Below, piece by piece: positions 39,591 to 50,715 of a DNA stretch of 64,000 bases. The stretch comes from Octopus sinensis. Taxonomy: Eukaryota. The DNA is taken from the NCBI RefSeq assembly GCF_006345805.1, contig NC_043010.1, positions 44,206,001-44,270,000 of the forward strand. The letters run 5' to 3'. The position numbers and the translations under genes were made by a program. Position 1 is the first letter of the stretch; every line of letters starts with the position of its first letter. The notes below the pieces were generated by a model, which had not been told where the DNA came from, searched no databases, and saw nothing but the letters and a program-made list of their open reading frames with translations.

Positions 39591-40216
39591 TATTTAATGT
39601 AAGGAGTACCAAGAAAGGTTTGATTAATTAAAATTACTCACATAATGAAAATAAAAATGATTAGTACAAGTAATTCTTGTCAAAATTTATGATTATAAAT
39701 GGCAAATAATGGAATAATGAGGAAATAAAGAAAATATGAAAACACAAGGAAAGTAAATTATGATTTCTTTTCCAGAAATGAATCCCTTTTTTAAATGAAT
39801 TGAACTCTTGTGTACTGTACATATAACACTTGGCAGAAAAGTATGTAGGGAAATGGAATAACTAAGTGGTAGAGCAATGAACTCTACATACAGATTGATA
39901 ATTTAAAATGCCAAGATGTAATTAATTTGAACAGATATCTAGGAGAGGGGGTCAGTGGATTAAACAGATTACATAAGTTAATTTACTTCCTCTTGGTTCA
40001 GAGCTCAAATTAACATTGCTCAAAATATAGCTTAGAGCTCTCAAGTACACACAAGAAATGAATAAGTGTGCTACTAAAAATAGCTGTAGCACTATCTTGA
40101 AGAATTGGTGAATTTTTACTATTACATCCATCTCACTTTGAAGATGAAACGTATGTTATTCCTACATTCTCAATGAATCTAACCATCAAAACTGTCAGAA
40201 ATCATTCGTTCTTTAA

Positions 40217-40442
40217 CCCTTTTGTTACCAACCCGGCTGAAACTGGCTCTGGCTCTGGCTCTTAGTACAAATGTCTTGTTTTCATGAGTTTTGAATCAAA
40301 ATCTTCCACCAAACTTTAGTCACAGTTTATGTTCCTAACACTAGCTTAATGATAAAGAAGTTATTTTACTAAATTCTTTGTTATATTTGAAGTAATTGAA
40401 AGAAACACAGAGCATTTCAAAATAAATGCAGTAACGAAAGGG
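40217..40442. mobile_element. piggyBac-type MITE, second family
   Basis: TTAA|cccttttgttac...gtaacgaaaggg|TTAA. Confidence 0.8.
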
Positions 40443-40759
40443 TTAATTAAACCCTTCTCTGTAACTGACAGCCAGAGTGAGGGAACCACTATATGAAGTA
40501 TCTTTACCTGTCAAAATTAGCAGATGAACTGTGCCTCACTAGAAATGTATCTTTGTGTGCAGATATGCAAACTGATTACATTGAATAACCTGAATACTGG
40601 AAAAACTTCATGTCAGATGCACATTTTCAGTTATTACTGCTGCATTGTTGATTTCTATGAGAATTATGGTGAAAGCCTTGACTTTCTGTGTTTTCAGTAC
40701 TCTACTGAAAGTAGACATCCAACCCTATTACAAAACAGAGTGTACATATTAAGAAGAGA

Positions 40760-41175
40760 AGTTATGGCATTGCAAGAAACGTTATGTTGTGTTGAAAACC
40801 AAGAAAAGATGTTACTTTGACTATTCTGTTTCAGACTTTAAAGGTTCTTTTCTGACAACAATAATATTCCTCTGTAGAAAATTATCCTTTTTGAGAATCA
40901 TGTATTTTTAGCTGTTTATGAGATCACAGTACTATGATGCGGGTACCTAAACCTGCCTGCAAAGTTGTCTGTGGATTGGTATTCATTTTGTTGCAAAGTT
41001 ACAGATGCCTGATTTTCTAACCAGGAATCAACTGGTAGAGAAGGGTTTGAGGAGAAAATTGATGAAAGTTTTATTGTTCAAGGCAAGTATGAAAGAGGTT
41101 GGGTTCTCTGCCAGATTTGCTTGTTTGATAGGATTGAATGGGTGACCAAACAATGTTTCAGTATGACATTAACAG
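40760..41175 (+). mobile_element. Merlin (IS1016/ISXO2-like) DNA transposase relic
   Basis: DWYSFC...EKIDESFIVQGKYERGWVLCQICLFDRIEWVTKQCF resembles the Merlin motif VEIDES...RKYxRGR...WVFGGIER..K.CF. Confidence 0.6.
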
Positions 41176-42223
41176 GCTCCAGTAGTGAGAAATGCAACAA
41201 AGCAACATTCGTTCCTCTCATTGGTGCACTCTTCTCTTAATGGTACACAATCTTCTGCTTTGTAAACACTACTGAAATGATTCTTGCCAGTGCAGATCTC
41301 CACAAGTTCCTTTTCACAAGACTCTAGAGTTTTCTTATATAATAATATTGACAGGTAACTGCTCCTCACTCACAAATGCCTACTCAAACACACTACAGCA
41401 AGACTTTCAAGTGATTTTAAATAAATCACGACACATTTCTAGTACTATAAAGTTTAATTATTGAGGAACTGGGTCGAAAGAAAAAAGTTATATTTGAAAT
41501 TAATAATAAGAATCAAGAAATAATTTGTTGAAGGTCAAATTGTAATGATACATAAAGAAGTAGAAACAAATTTTCCATGAATAAAATAATGCATAACAAA
41601 AGTTGGACAATATATAAAACTATTCAAAGTGGTTATAATTAAGCTGAATTTCAGCTAATGATGTTAATGACAATCTTGTAAACATTTATTTAGTAAGTGA
41701 CTTATAGTATTATTTTTTGTGGTGATGGTAGTGGTGAAGGTGTTAAATAAATAACGAGGAGAGAGAAGACTGTAAAGAGTCAGGTTTTCGGCCGATGAAA
41801 GACTGACAACAAGGCCATTTGGTAAATAAAGGCGCAGGAAGATATAAATGGTAGTACAAGTTGAAGTGGGAGAACTGAGAAAAGTTATGATATAACACAT
41901 ACTTGTTTTGTTGATAGAGGGGGAGGGTGGGAAGAAAGAAATGCAAGGAAAGATAAGAGTGTGAAAAAGCATGTCTGCGACAAAGGAGATGACTGTGAAA
42001 TATTCAACAATGAATTTGAATAAGAAAAGGGGAAAAAAGGCCAAGACGTGGGAATTTCCAGCATCATCCAGAGAAACCCAGACATTTTAGATAGGCTAAA
42101 ACTCTGAAACGTTCACACTAAACTCGGAAACATTCACACTTTCTCATTTTGCACCCAAACCGTTGCTCTGAAAAGAAACAATTTTTCCCAGCTTTGTTGA
42201 CCAATAGAAATGATTTCACTTAC

Positions 42224-42388
42224 CTTTTCTTCTTTTTGACTAAATGACATGTTGTCAACATTATCAAACTCCCTTTTTTTCATGGCGGCTGTTCCGCCTC
42301 CTCCTGATTTAGCATCAAGAGATTTATTGGGATGGTGTCGATATATTTTATTGATAGATGCCTTGTTGGATGGTTCCGAAGATGTCAT
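42224..42388 (-). CDS. Probable first coding exon (exon 42407-42224, ATG at 42388) of an unidentified minus-strand gene: MTSSEPSNKASINKIYRHHPNKSLDAKSGGGGTAAMKKREFDNVDNMSFSQKEEK
   Basis: Polypyrimidine acceptor ttcttctttag|G at 42408/42407 and donor AAG|gtaagt at 42224/42223. The frame is open and ends in phase 0, matching the next exon. The start codon is inferred. Confidence 0.7.
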
Positions 42389-42780
42389 CTGTCTAAATTC
42401 ATTCCCCCTAAAGAAGAAGAAAGAAATAGAGTAATTAGTATCATGAAATCTTATCAAATATTTTATCTTATTTTTTAAAAATCAGTAGAGGGAAGGGGAC
42501 AGAATGAGAGATGAGAGAGAGTGTTAAATAACTATTTCTAAGCAGAAATAATTATAGGCATAGCTGTGTGATGGAGAATGTCATTTAAGAACCAGATGGT
42601 TCTGGATTTGATCCCAGTATGCAGCACTTACAGTAAGCGGTGCATCTACTATAGCATTAGGTTGATCACTGTCATGTGAGGAATTTGGTGCACAGAAACT
42701 AGCGAAGCCCTTCATATTCATACATACATATATGAAAATGAGATGACAAAGGAATAAACAATTATCTTATGAACTTCATT

Positions 42781-42862
42781 AGCTTACAGCTGTTTCTGCT
42801 ATAAGACACAGTGCAGTGGACTGATAGGTGAGTGCCTGAGGAACATTAACTTTATCAGAGCC
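42781..42862 (-). ncRNA. Degenerate hammerhead motif (CUGAUAA core) with long helix II insert
   Basis: GGCU CUGAUAA A GUUA...UUAUAGC A GAAA CAGCUG UA AGCU. Helix III is the palindrome CAGCUG and the site is GUA. Confidence 0.6.
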
Positions 42863-45800
42863 TTGAATATGAAGTGCAACTGAAGTGCACCAGGATATGA
42901 CTCTCACAATGCCTAAGCAAAATATATACATATATGTGTATGCCTGTGTGGATAACCTGGTGAGGGATGCACCACACAAAATATATTGTGCTATTTAGTC
43001 CACTGAATCTCTTAGGTGGATATATTACTATTCAATAAATAGACATTGACAAATTATGTACTAGATAAAATACTGGGACCCACAGAATCAAATAGAAACC
43101 CTAAAATATGGCTGCAACTAAATTGTTTTTGGGGTCCAATTAAAAAATGGTTGTAAAATCATGCTGATGATGTTGCTAATTGTACGCATTTGGAATTCTT
43201 GGAAATATTTTACTTAATGTCTTTCTCAATCCTAGGTATGAACAGATTGGTTAGATGGTAATGTATTGGACTAAACTAAAGGGTGTGAGTTCAAATTTAC
43301 AGTAAGAGTTTTCTTCGAGAAACACTATTCTATATTGCCTAAAAAGAATTAGGTGCCAGATCATCCAGGAACCATGAATGAAGACTGGTAAACTATCCAG
43401 ATAAAAAATTTCTCACATTTGAAACTAGAGTAAAACACCATTGGCTTTAGCGGTAATTACTTTACATACTGTACTGTAAAGTTACTAATTTTCTCTATTA
43501 ATTATATATATACATAAAACTTTGACAGAAAGAAAATGGAATTCATGAGATGCTGTACAAACAATTGTGTTGCATTGTAGGTGTGGATGTATCTTACCAG
43601 GTGACTTGTCAAAAGGTACCTCATTTTTAAATCTTCATTTTGCTAATGTTCATGACATCAGGTGACTGAATACTGTTAACAGGGTTTTAAATGGCATACT
43701 ACAAGGTGTATACTTGAATATGAAATTATTGCATGCATGCATACATACATCACTACCAGCTCTGATAATTTTAGGCACAAATTTATGTACATTAAACATC
43801 CAATCATTAACCACTGTATCAATACTTATTTTTATTACTACAATTGTAAACTGTTTTGTATATAAGCCTGTACCTAGAGAGAGAGATTCAAACTATCCTA
43901 CTGTTTCATAACACCTGATTTCTGTTGGATACAGTTATAATATAAATCCAGATATAAGATCGAGATTAACATTAGAGTAATCCAACATTAAAATAAACGT
44001 AAACATTAGCTCTACCAAATTACAAAGTTATTTACAAAAGTTGGTAATTAAGTAGAAAATAGTTTGCCAAACAAATTTTGAGAGCTATAATATTAGAATG
44101 GCTGTTCTAAATATTTTAATTTATAATCTTGTGTCAATCTGAGAAATTAATATCTACATTTTATAGGCAAGAACCAGAGTAAGCTCCTGGCACATTCATT
44201 GGTAGCTTGGTTGTAATTTTTTATTCTTAAAAATGTATCTTGTTTGAGAAGAAAGGACAGCACTTGTGACCTTTACAATTTTATAGACCTGTCACTGTTA
44301 TGAAAGATCATCAAAGACCATGAAGCCCAGCATTTGTAAAAGTTTGAGTCTTGTATGCTGTTTATGAGTAAGAAAAGTATAACACTGTTTCCATTGCATA
44401 CATGTAGTGATTGCATCTTGGTGCTGCAAAAGAGGAGGAAGTAGTTCATAACAAACATGCAATCCTTCCATATTTTGACAACTGTAAATGCTCAAAGAAT
44501 ACTTCTGCAGCATTGCTTGGATATTTGTTCTGGAAATCTGTAACTCTAAAATAAATTGATTCAAAGATTCAGTTGCCAGCCTGTTTTGATGACCATGCAC
44601 CAAATGCTTCTTATTTACTTTGAATTAAATTATGCCAGGGTTTTCACTGACCAAGATTGATTATGCCTTTGTCCATGCATGTGTAGGCCTGGGCAAGAAT
44701 TGAAGAAGACTGCAAGTTGTCTATGCATGCAAGCAAGTCTCCCATCTCCCCGATACTAAGTCACCAACTTAGGCCAATTTACAACTAGTCATAACTGTCA
44801 TTGCAAGCATCAATTATAGTCAGAATGCAAAGAACCAGAACAGCTATCACAAAGCATCTTGCCTGACCCACCAATAGTTCTGGATTGATGGAACTATTCT
44901 TAAATATAAAGTATACAAACTCTGAGTATAATTCAAACTGGCCAATCTACTGCAGTCTCTATGCAAATAGAGAGTTTTGTAGGGTTAAGAATAAGTTATT
45001 AAATATTCAAGGAACACGTGAATGTTTAATATATATTCACAGAATTATTATAATCTTTCAGGAGTCGGTATTTTTGAATACTGCTTTTCTAAAGCGGATC
45101 AATGGTACACAAATTATCAATCTAAAACCTGTTGGTGGTAACCTATTAACTCAGTTTTCAGAAGATATAAACCTGTCAGTTTATTATTGGCACACTATTT
45201 TATTAATCTCAGAAGAGTGAAAGAAAAAGTTAAACATGGTAAGATATGGATTCAGATCACTAAGCTGCTGAGCAGCTTGCAGATTTATAAAGTCTAGATG
45301 AATAGTCTGCCATTAGAACATAATCCAACTTGTAAAGTCTGACCAAATTTTACTCCAGGCTGGGCATCATAAGGAAATGAATACGTAGATACAGCAATTT
45401 AGATACTTAAATTTGTCTACTGCAAGTCAAGTAGCTTACATACCAGCTTCTTCTTTACTTCATCTAATCATAAGTAGTTCATTTGTATGTTATTAAATCT
45501 AACCATGAACAACAAGCCTGGAGATTTCCACAGAATTTTCTTAATTTGTTTTGGACTATTTATAGAAGGTATAAAGGAAATAAGGTAGCAAATAAAAAAA
45601 ATAATAAAAAAAAGCGAAGGCATGGCAGATATTTGGTAGACTTGCAAGAATAAAATAAAATTATTTTTCCCTATTTTTGAATATTTGTTTTGAGAAATTT
45701 TAATTTCCTCACAAAGAATTTCTCAATCCATTTGATGTAATTTATTAAATTATATGAAGTTATATAAAAATATCTTAAAACAAAATTAGGGGAAAAAAAG

Positions 45801-45927
45801 AGAAAGTTCTTGGCAATTAATAATAATCATTCGTAACCTGTTTAAAACAACTCAGTTGATGCCAAGAAAATTAGATACATATGTATATACAAGCAAATAC
45901 ACATGCATAGAGAGAGACTTTGACATA

Positions 45928-47183
45928 TCAGGTCATTAAGAATGAAATATCCGATTTTGAAGTGAAAGTTTATTTTACTCTATCTCAACAAAAAGCAATG
46001 CAGTTAACCAAGTATGCACCTAAATTATCAACACAACTTTGCCATTTTATTGGAAGCTTATTTATGCTGGCAGCGAAGAATTCTGGAGAGCAAGAGGTGA
46101 TGAAATCATGAAAGGCTGTTTTTTCATCTTCTTCGGATTTGAAGTTTATTCCTTGCAAAAAGTTGTCTAATGCCTGGAAAATGTTATAGTCAGTTGGTGC
46201 AAGGTCTGGTGAATATGGTGGATGACAGAGTACTTCCAGTTCAGTTCCTGTAACTTGAGTAGTTATATCTTTGTGCAACATGTGGTTGAGCATTGTCTTG
46301 CAAGAGAATTGGCCCATCTCTATTGACCAATCTTGGTTGTTTAATTGCAAGCTCACTCATCATTTCATCCATCTGGTTGATGTATACATCTGCTGTAATT
46401 GACTTACCAAGTCTCATGAAGCTGTAATGGATGACACCAGCGCTGGACCACCAAACAGACACCATTGGCTTTTTTTGATGAACATTCTCTTTTGGATTGT
46501 GTTTTGGCACTTTGTTTCTATCCAACCACCATGCAGAATGCTTGCTATTGTTGAAAAAAATCCATTTTTCATCACATGTAACAATATGATGCAAAAATGG
46601 TTTGTTTTTATGCTGTGACAGCAAAGAACAGCAGGTTTCAAGACATGTGGTACCCACCTGTCCAGCTTCTCTACCTTGCCAATTTGTTTCAGATGATCCA
46701 ATAGAGCTGGAATCAAAACATCAAACCTTGCTGCTAACTCAAGTGTAGTTTGAGATGTTTTAGCTTCCATTACAATTTCCAGCTTACCATTATCCACTTT
46801 GGTCTCAGGTCTACCACAGGGCTGATTTTCAAGAGTAAAGTCACCAGACAGGAACTTCTCAAACCATCGATGTACAGTGTGCTGATTCACCACATCTTCA
46901 CCAAATACCTCATTGATGTTTTGAGCTGTCTGGGATGCATTGGTTCTACGATGGAACTCATTTTCATAAACAACACAAATTTTTTATCTATCCATGGGTT
47001 CACAAAAACTGATTTACAAGAGAAAACTCACAATAAAATCAGACACCATAATTGCGTTTTGAAAAGTGATGATGTAACTTTTCAATGTTGTAAAACAAAG
47101 AATTGTCAGAATAACACATTAGAGCTAACGACTGTCAAACTTGGTGCATACGAAAATTGGACATTTCATCCTTAATGACCTGA
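45928..47183 (-). mobile_element. Full-length (1256 bp) inactive mariner transposon
   Basis: About 30-bp TIRs (tcaggtcattaagaatgaaatatccgattttg / cgaaaattggacatttcatccttaatgacctga) with TA at both ends (45926-45927, 47184-47185). Confidence 0.95.
45985..46995 (-). pseudogene. Mariner transposase pseudogene (DD34D type), frameshifted into three ORFs
   Basis: Motifs WVPHVL, IVTCDEKW, LLQDNAQPH and HPPYSPDLAPTDY occur in three different frames. There is an early stop after the ATG at 46995. Confidence 0.93.
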
Positions 47184-48098
47184 TAGTACAATTCTATGTA
47201 TTTATCAATGACATTTTAAAATTGTAAAAATATATTTTGTAATTTTCTCTTGAATGAGTATTTTAAAAGAACAGCTATTGTTTTACGGGAGCAAGAAAGA
47301 GTCATAATTAGCTGCTAAAAGTGTACTGAAGGAGTGGGATTATAAGTTGTTAAATTAAGTGTTATATAACAACACAGCAGCTGCAGCAGTGGTGGTACTT
47401 GTATGGAATGAGGTCAGTTTGAGATGGCTATCTTTACACAAGATTTTATTGTATTTTCTACAGAATAGGATGTTTAACGACTAAATGGGAAGAAATATAT
47501 TTAGTTATTTGTTAGAATGGATTTATTTAGAACAGATTTATTTTTCATCTTTTACTTGTTTCAGTTAATTGGAATGTGGCCATGCTGGAGCACCATCATG
47601 AAGGGTTCAGTCAAACAAATTGGCTCCAGGATTTATATTTCAAGTTTGTTTTACAGATATTAAAATTGGAGTTAACTTAGACTTTTAAGCATACTGAGTG
47701 GGAGTTTTAGTCTACTAAGAGCATGAATAATCTCAGATAATTGAAGTTTCTCAAGTCATGCGACCTGCTTCTCAAAAAAGCTTGCCCATAACTGGGGCAG
47801 AGCCTGAGAGGTTGGTGTTTTGTATCCTGTCACTGGACTGAGTTTGTGACCAAGTAATTCAACTATCAAATGGCTCAGTCCACCTAAATTACAATGTAGG
47901 AAGCACTGTGAAACTGACACACTACATGAAGTTACACTCTATAAAGACAGAATATTGAGTGGTAGACATGTTACACTGGGTTAAAGAATTCATTGTTAAT
48001 CATATTTTGAAATTACATTTTTATTTTTGTTTTCCTTCCTTAAGCTCTATACATTGTCTTTCTGTCAGTAGATATCACCACCATTTATTTCACTACAC

Positions 48099-48401
48099 CA
48101 GTGGTTCCTAACTGAGATCCAGATAAGATACACATATTTTCTTTCCTGTTTATTTTTTTTTTGGGGGGGGGGGGATCCATACAAGCAAAATAGTAAATTG
48201 GAGATCCAAAGTTGTATTTTAAGGGCCCATGAAAAATTTTGATTTAAATGAAACAGCTAGGTTTCCTTCTCTAACATTTTACATAAGAATGAGTGAATAA
48301 CAAAAGAGGAATGTTTTTAAACACTGAATGACTATGGAGGTCCACCAGAATAAAATAGTTACCAAAGGGGTCCATAGGTACAAAATGATTGAGAACCATT
48401 G
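48099..48401. mobile_element. hAT-type MITE
   Basis: Ends cagtggttcctaa / ttgagaaccattg, with an 8-bp TSD cactacac (48091-48098) / cattacac (48402-48409). Confidence 0.75.
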
Positions 48402-48714
48402 CATTACACAATAATTTCCATAGACATTCTATTTTGTTCATCATAACAGCTATAGGGATTAACATTCTAAGGTTTGATATAATCCCTACTTGATTTTGTT
48501 TTTTTTCATCAGTACTGATATAGTTGTTTATTCCCTCTTGAATAAAAATCAGGTACTTTCCCTGATCACAAGACTGTCCCATGTCAAGAAGGGATGGAAA
48601 TCTTGAGCTCCTCTTCACCTGGCTGATTTCTCAGATTAAAAAAAAAAAAAGGCAAGAAAATGCATCAAAGTGATTTCTGAAATCTGAAACTTCAGAAAGA
48701 TATTCTAGGGGGTC

Positions 48715-49950
48715 AAAATGAAGGACTGCAGTAATTAATAGAGAGATGATGTATTATGGTATAGACATTGCTGCACCATCAGAAACATGACTAAGAGAGC
48801 TAGGAAAGTTATGAGAGCAAAACTACAACCTCATCTGAGTAGGAAGTAAGGATGTTCTACAGAGTGAAGGTCATGTTGGCCTAGCTATTATGATCCCTCT
48901 TGTCATCAAACTGATGTCATTTGCAATTGCTATATCTGATAGACTAATGAAGGTGGAATTAAACAGCAACCAAAATATAACTCTTTTTAGTGTTTATGTT
49001 ACAGTGATGACAAATAAGTGGAACTAGAAAGAAGATTTCTATGATTTGTTGCATAGATCCCCAGACACAAAGCCAACAACTGGTAGGCTGCTTGTCTCAG
49101 GTATTTTAATGAAAGAACGAGGTGGGATTACCAAACCTGGGACTACATGTTAGGTCACTTTAGAAAAAAGCAACTCAACTGACCACCCATCACCATTGAA
49201 AATGTCTACTGAAACTATCCAACAAATATAATCTAGCTGTAACAAACAGCTTTCAAAAAGTGGATTTGCAGCTGGTGCCATCTTCCCTTGAAATGATGAT
49301 AACTGTGGAACTATGCTCTTACTTGCAGAGACAACATTACAGGCATAAGCTGTAAGCATGCCATGAAGGGTAAGAAGGCCGATTGCTTCACTGACCACAC
49401 ACTGATAAGTGCTACAAGCAATTTTTCTGTGAAGACAAAGACAAGGAAGATAGCAGAATTGAAACGAAAAGACTAGATAACAACAAATTGAGAAATAATA
49501 AAGTGCAACATGAAGTTGCCACAAATATGACCACCAAATTGAAAATGTTACTCAATAATGTACTAGCTGACAGCACAAAGCAATCTGCAAAACAGCTGCT
49601 ACATCAATTGGCTTCCTAATCATAAATATGTTGACTGGTTTGATGAAAATGCAAATATACGACAGCTGTTAAGTGAAAAATGAAAGTATGATCAAGCCAG
49701 CCATGAATGGACAAAATTCATGGCAAGTTACTAGCTGACCCCAAAGATGCAAATGTCTTGCTACAAAGAAAATTGAAGCTGTTGAAGAACTGATTGTTGC
49801 CAGAAGGCAGACAAAATTCAGGCCTTTGCTGACACTAACAATGTAAATGCCTTCTATGCTAGTCTGATAAAAGTCTACTGTCCTCACAAAGGTGGTAATG
49901 CATTGAGAAAAGTGATACTATGAAATATTGGTAAGGACATTTTTGTAACC
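48715..49950 (+). mobile_element. Highly degraded RTE (BovB-like) LINE, AP-endonuclease region
   Basis: RTAVI.RE...YGIDIAAPSET (cf. RRTALIARELARYNIDIAALSETR), SDRLM, FSVYV.VMT, FYDLL and a GDFNAR-like remnant, all in order but with many stops. Confidence 0.65.
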
Positions 49951-50415
49951 TCAACAATTTTTAATCACAAGAAATGTGTTCAGACAGATTCCAGGAGATA
50001 TCAGATTAAATTTACTATCAAACATGGAGAAACTGGAAACTACCATATATGAGGAGGGGATAGAAAAATGATCCTGATACTAACAACACTCTCATGGTAG
50101 TTTATAAGCATGAAAGGAAGGAATTGCACTGCATATACATATAAGTTTGTAATTATCTGTAGACATAAATAACTTTCAATGTTTAAATTTTTCAAGAATA
50201 ATCAAACTACAGGATTCTAATTTAGCCTTACTTCATATTATGGACTCTTCTAAAACTTTATATTTTATATATAGCATCATAATATACCTTATATTATACA
50301 TTGTGTCGTAATACATTTTAACTTCATGTCTGAAGAGAATGGTTTAATCAAACATTCGATTTTTAAAATTATTTAACCCACCATTTCTTTAAAATTTTAA
50401 CCTTGTGATTCTATT

Positions 50416-50504
50416 AACTCAGATGAGAGAAATATAGAATATTGCTATGCTTGGAGTTAATTCACCCAAAGCAACCTAAATATTTTCAAAACGGCCGTAA
50501 GACT
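50416..50504 (+). ncRNA. Degenerate hammerhead motif
   Basis: AACU CAGAUGA GAGAAAUAU...AUAUUUUC AAAA CGGCCG UA AGACU. The palindrome CGGCCG and the GUA site are retained, with two core substitutions. Confidence 0.45.
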
Positions 50505-50606
50505 TTATACATGATCCAGACTCCTGATGAATCATCCTTTTCATTCGGACTTCGCAAGGTCTTCAGAAATACTGCCCAAATATGTGAAAATTTTCATCAT
50601 TCTTAC

Positions 50607-50715
50607 ACATCAAAATAATGTTTAATTTTCTAAACATCTTTCAGAGAATGAGCTTACAAGAGATGAGTGATCTGTATAAAGGACACTAGGATGTAAAGTT
50701 GCAGAGTTAAAGTAA
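50607..50715 (-). other. Candidate non-coding (5'-UTR) exon of the minus-strand gene
   Basis: Very strong acceptor: branch-like CTGAC, then about 28 nt of pyrimidines, then ttcag| at 50716/50715. Alternative donors are gtaagc (exon end 50658) and gtaaga (exon end 50607). No reading frame with a start codon joins in frame to the 42.4-kb exon. Confidence 0.45.

Noticed and set aside
3247-42388. Assigning a gene symbol to the minus-strand gene
   Set aside because: The three exons contain no recognisable folded domain, so a name would need a BLASTP search or the downstream exons.
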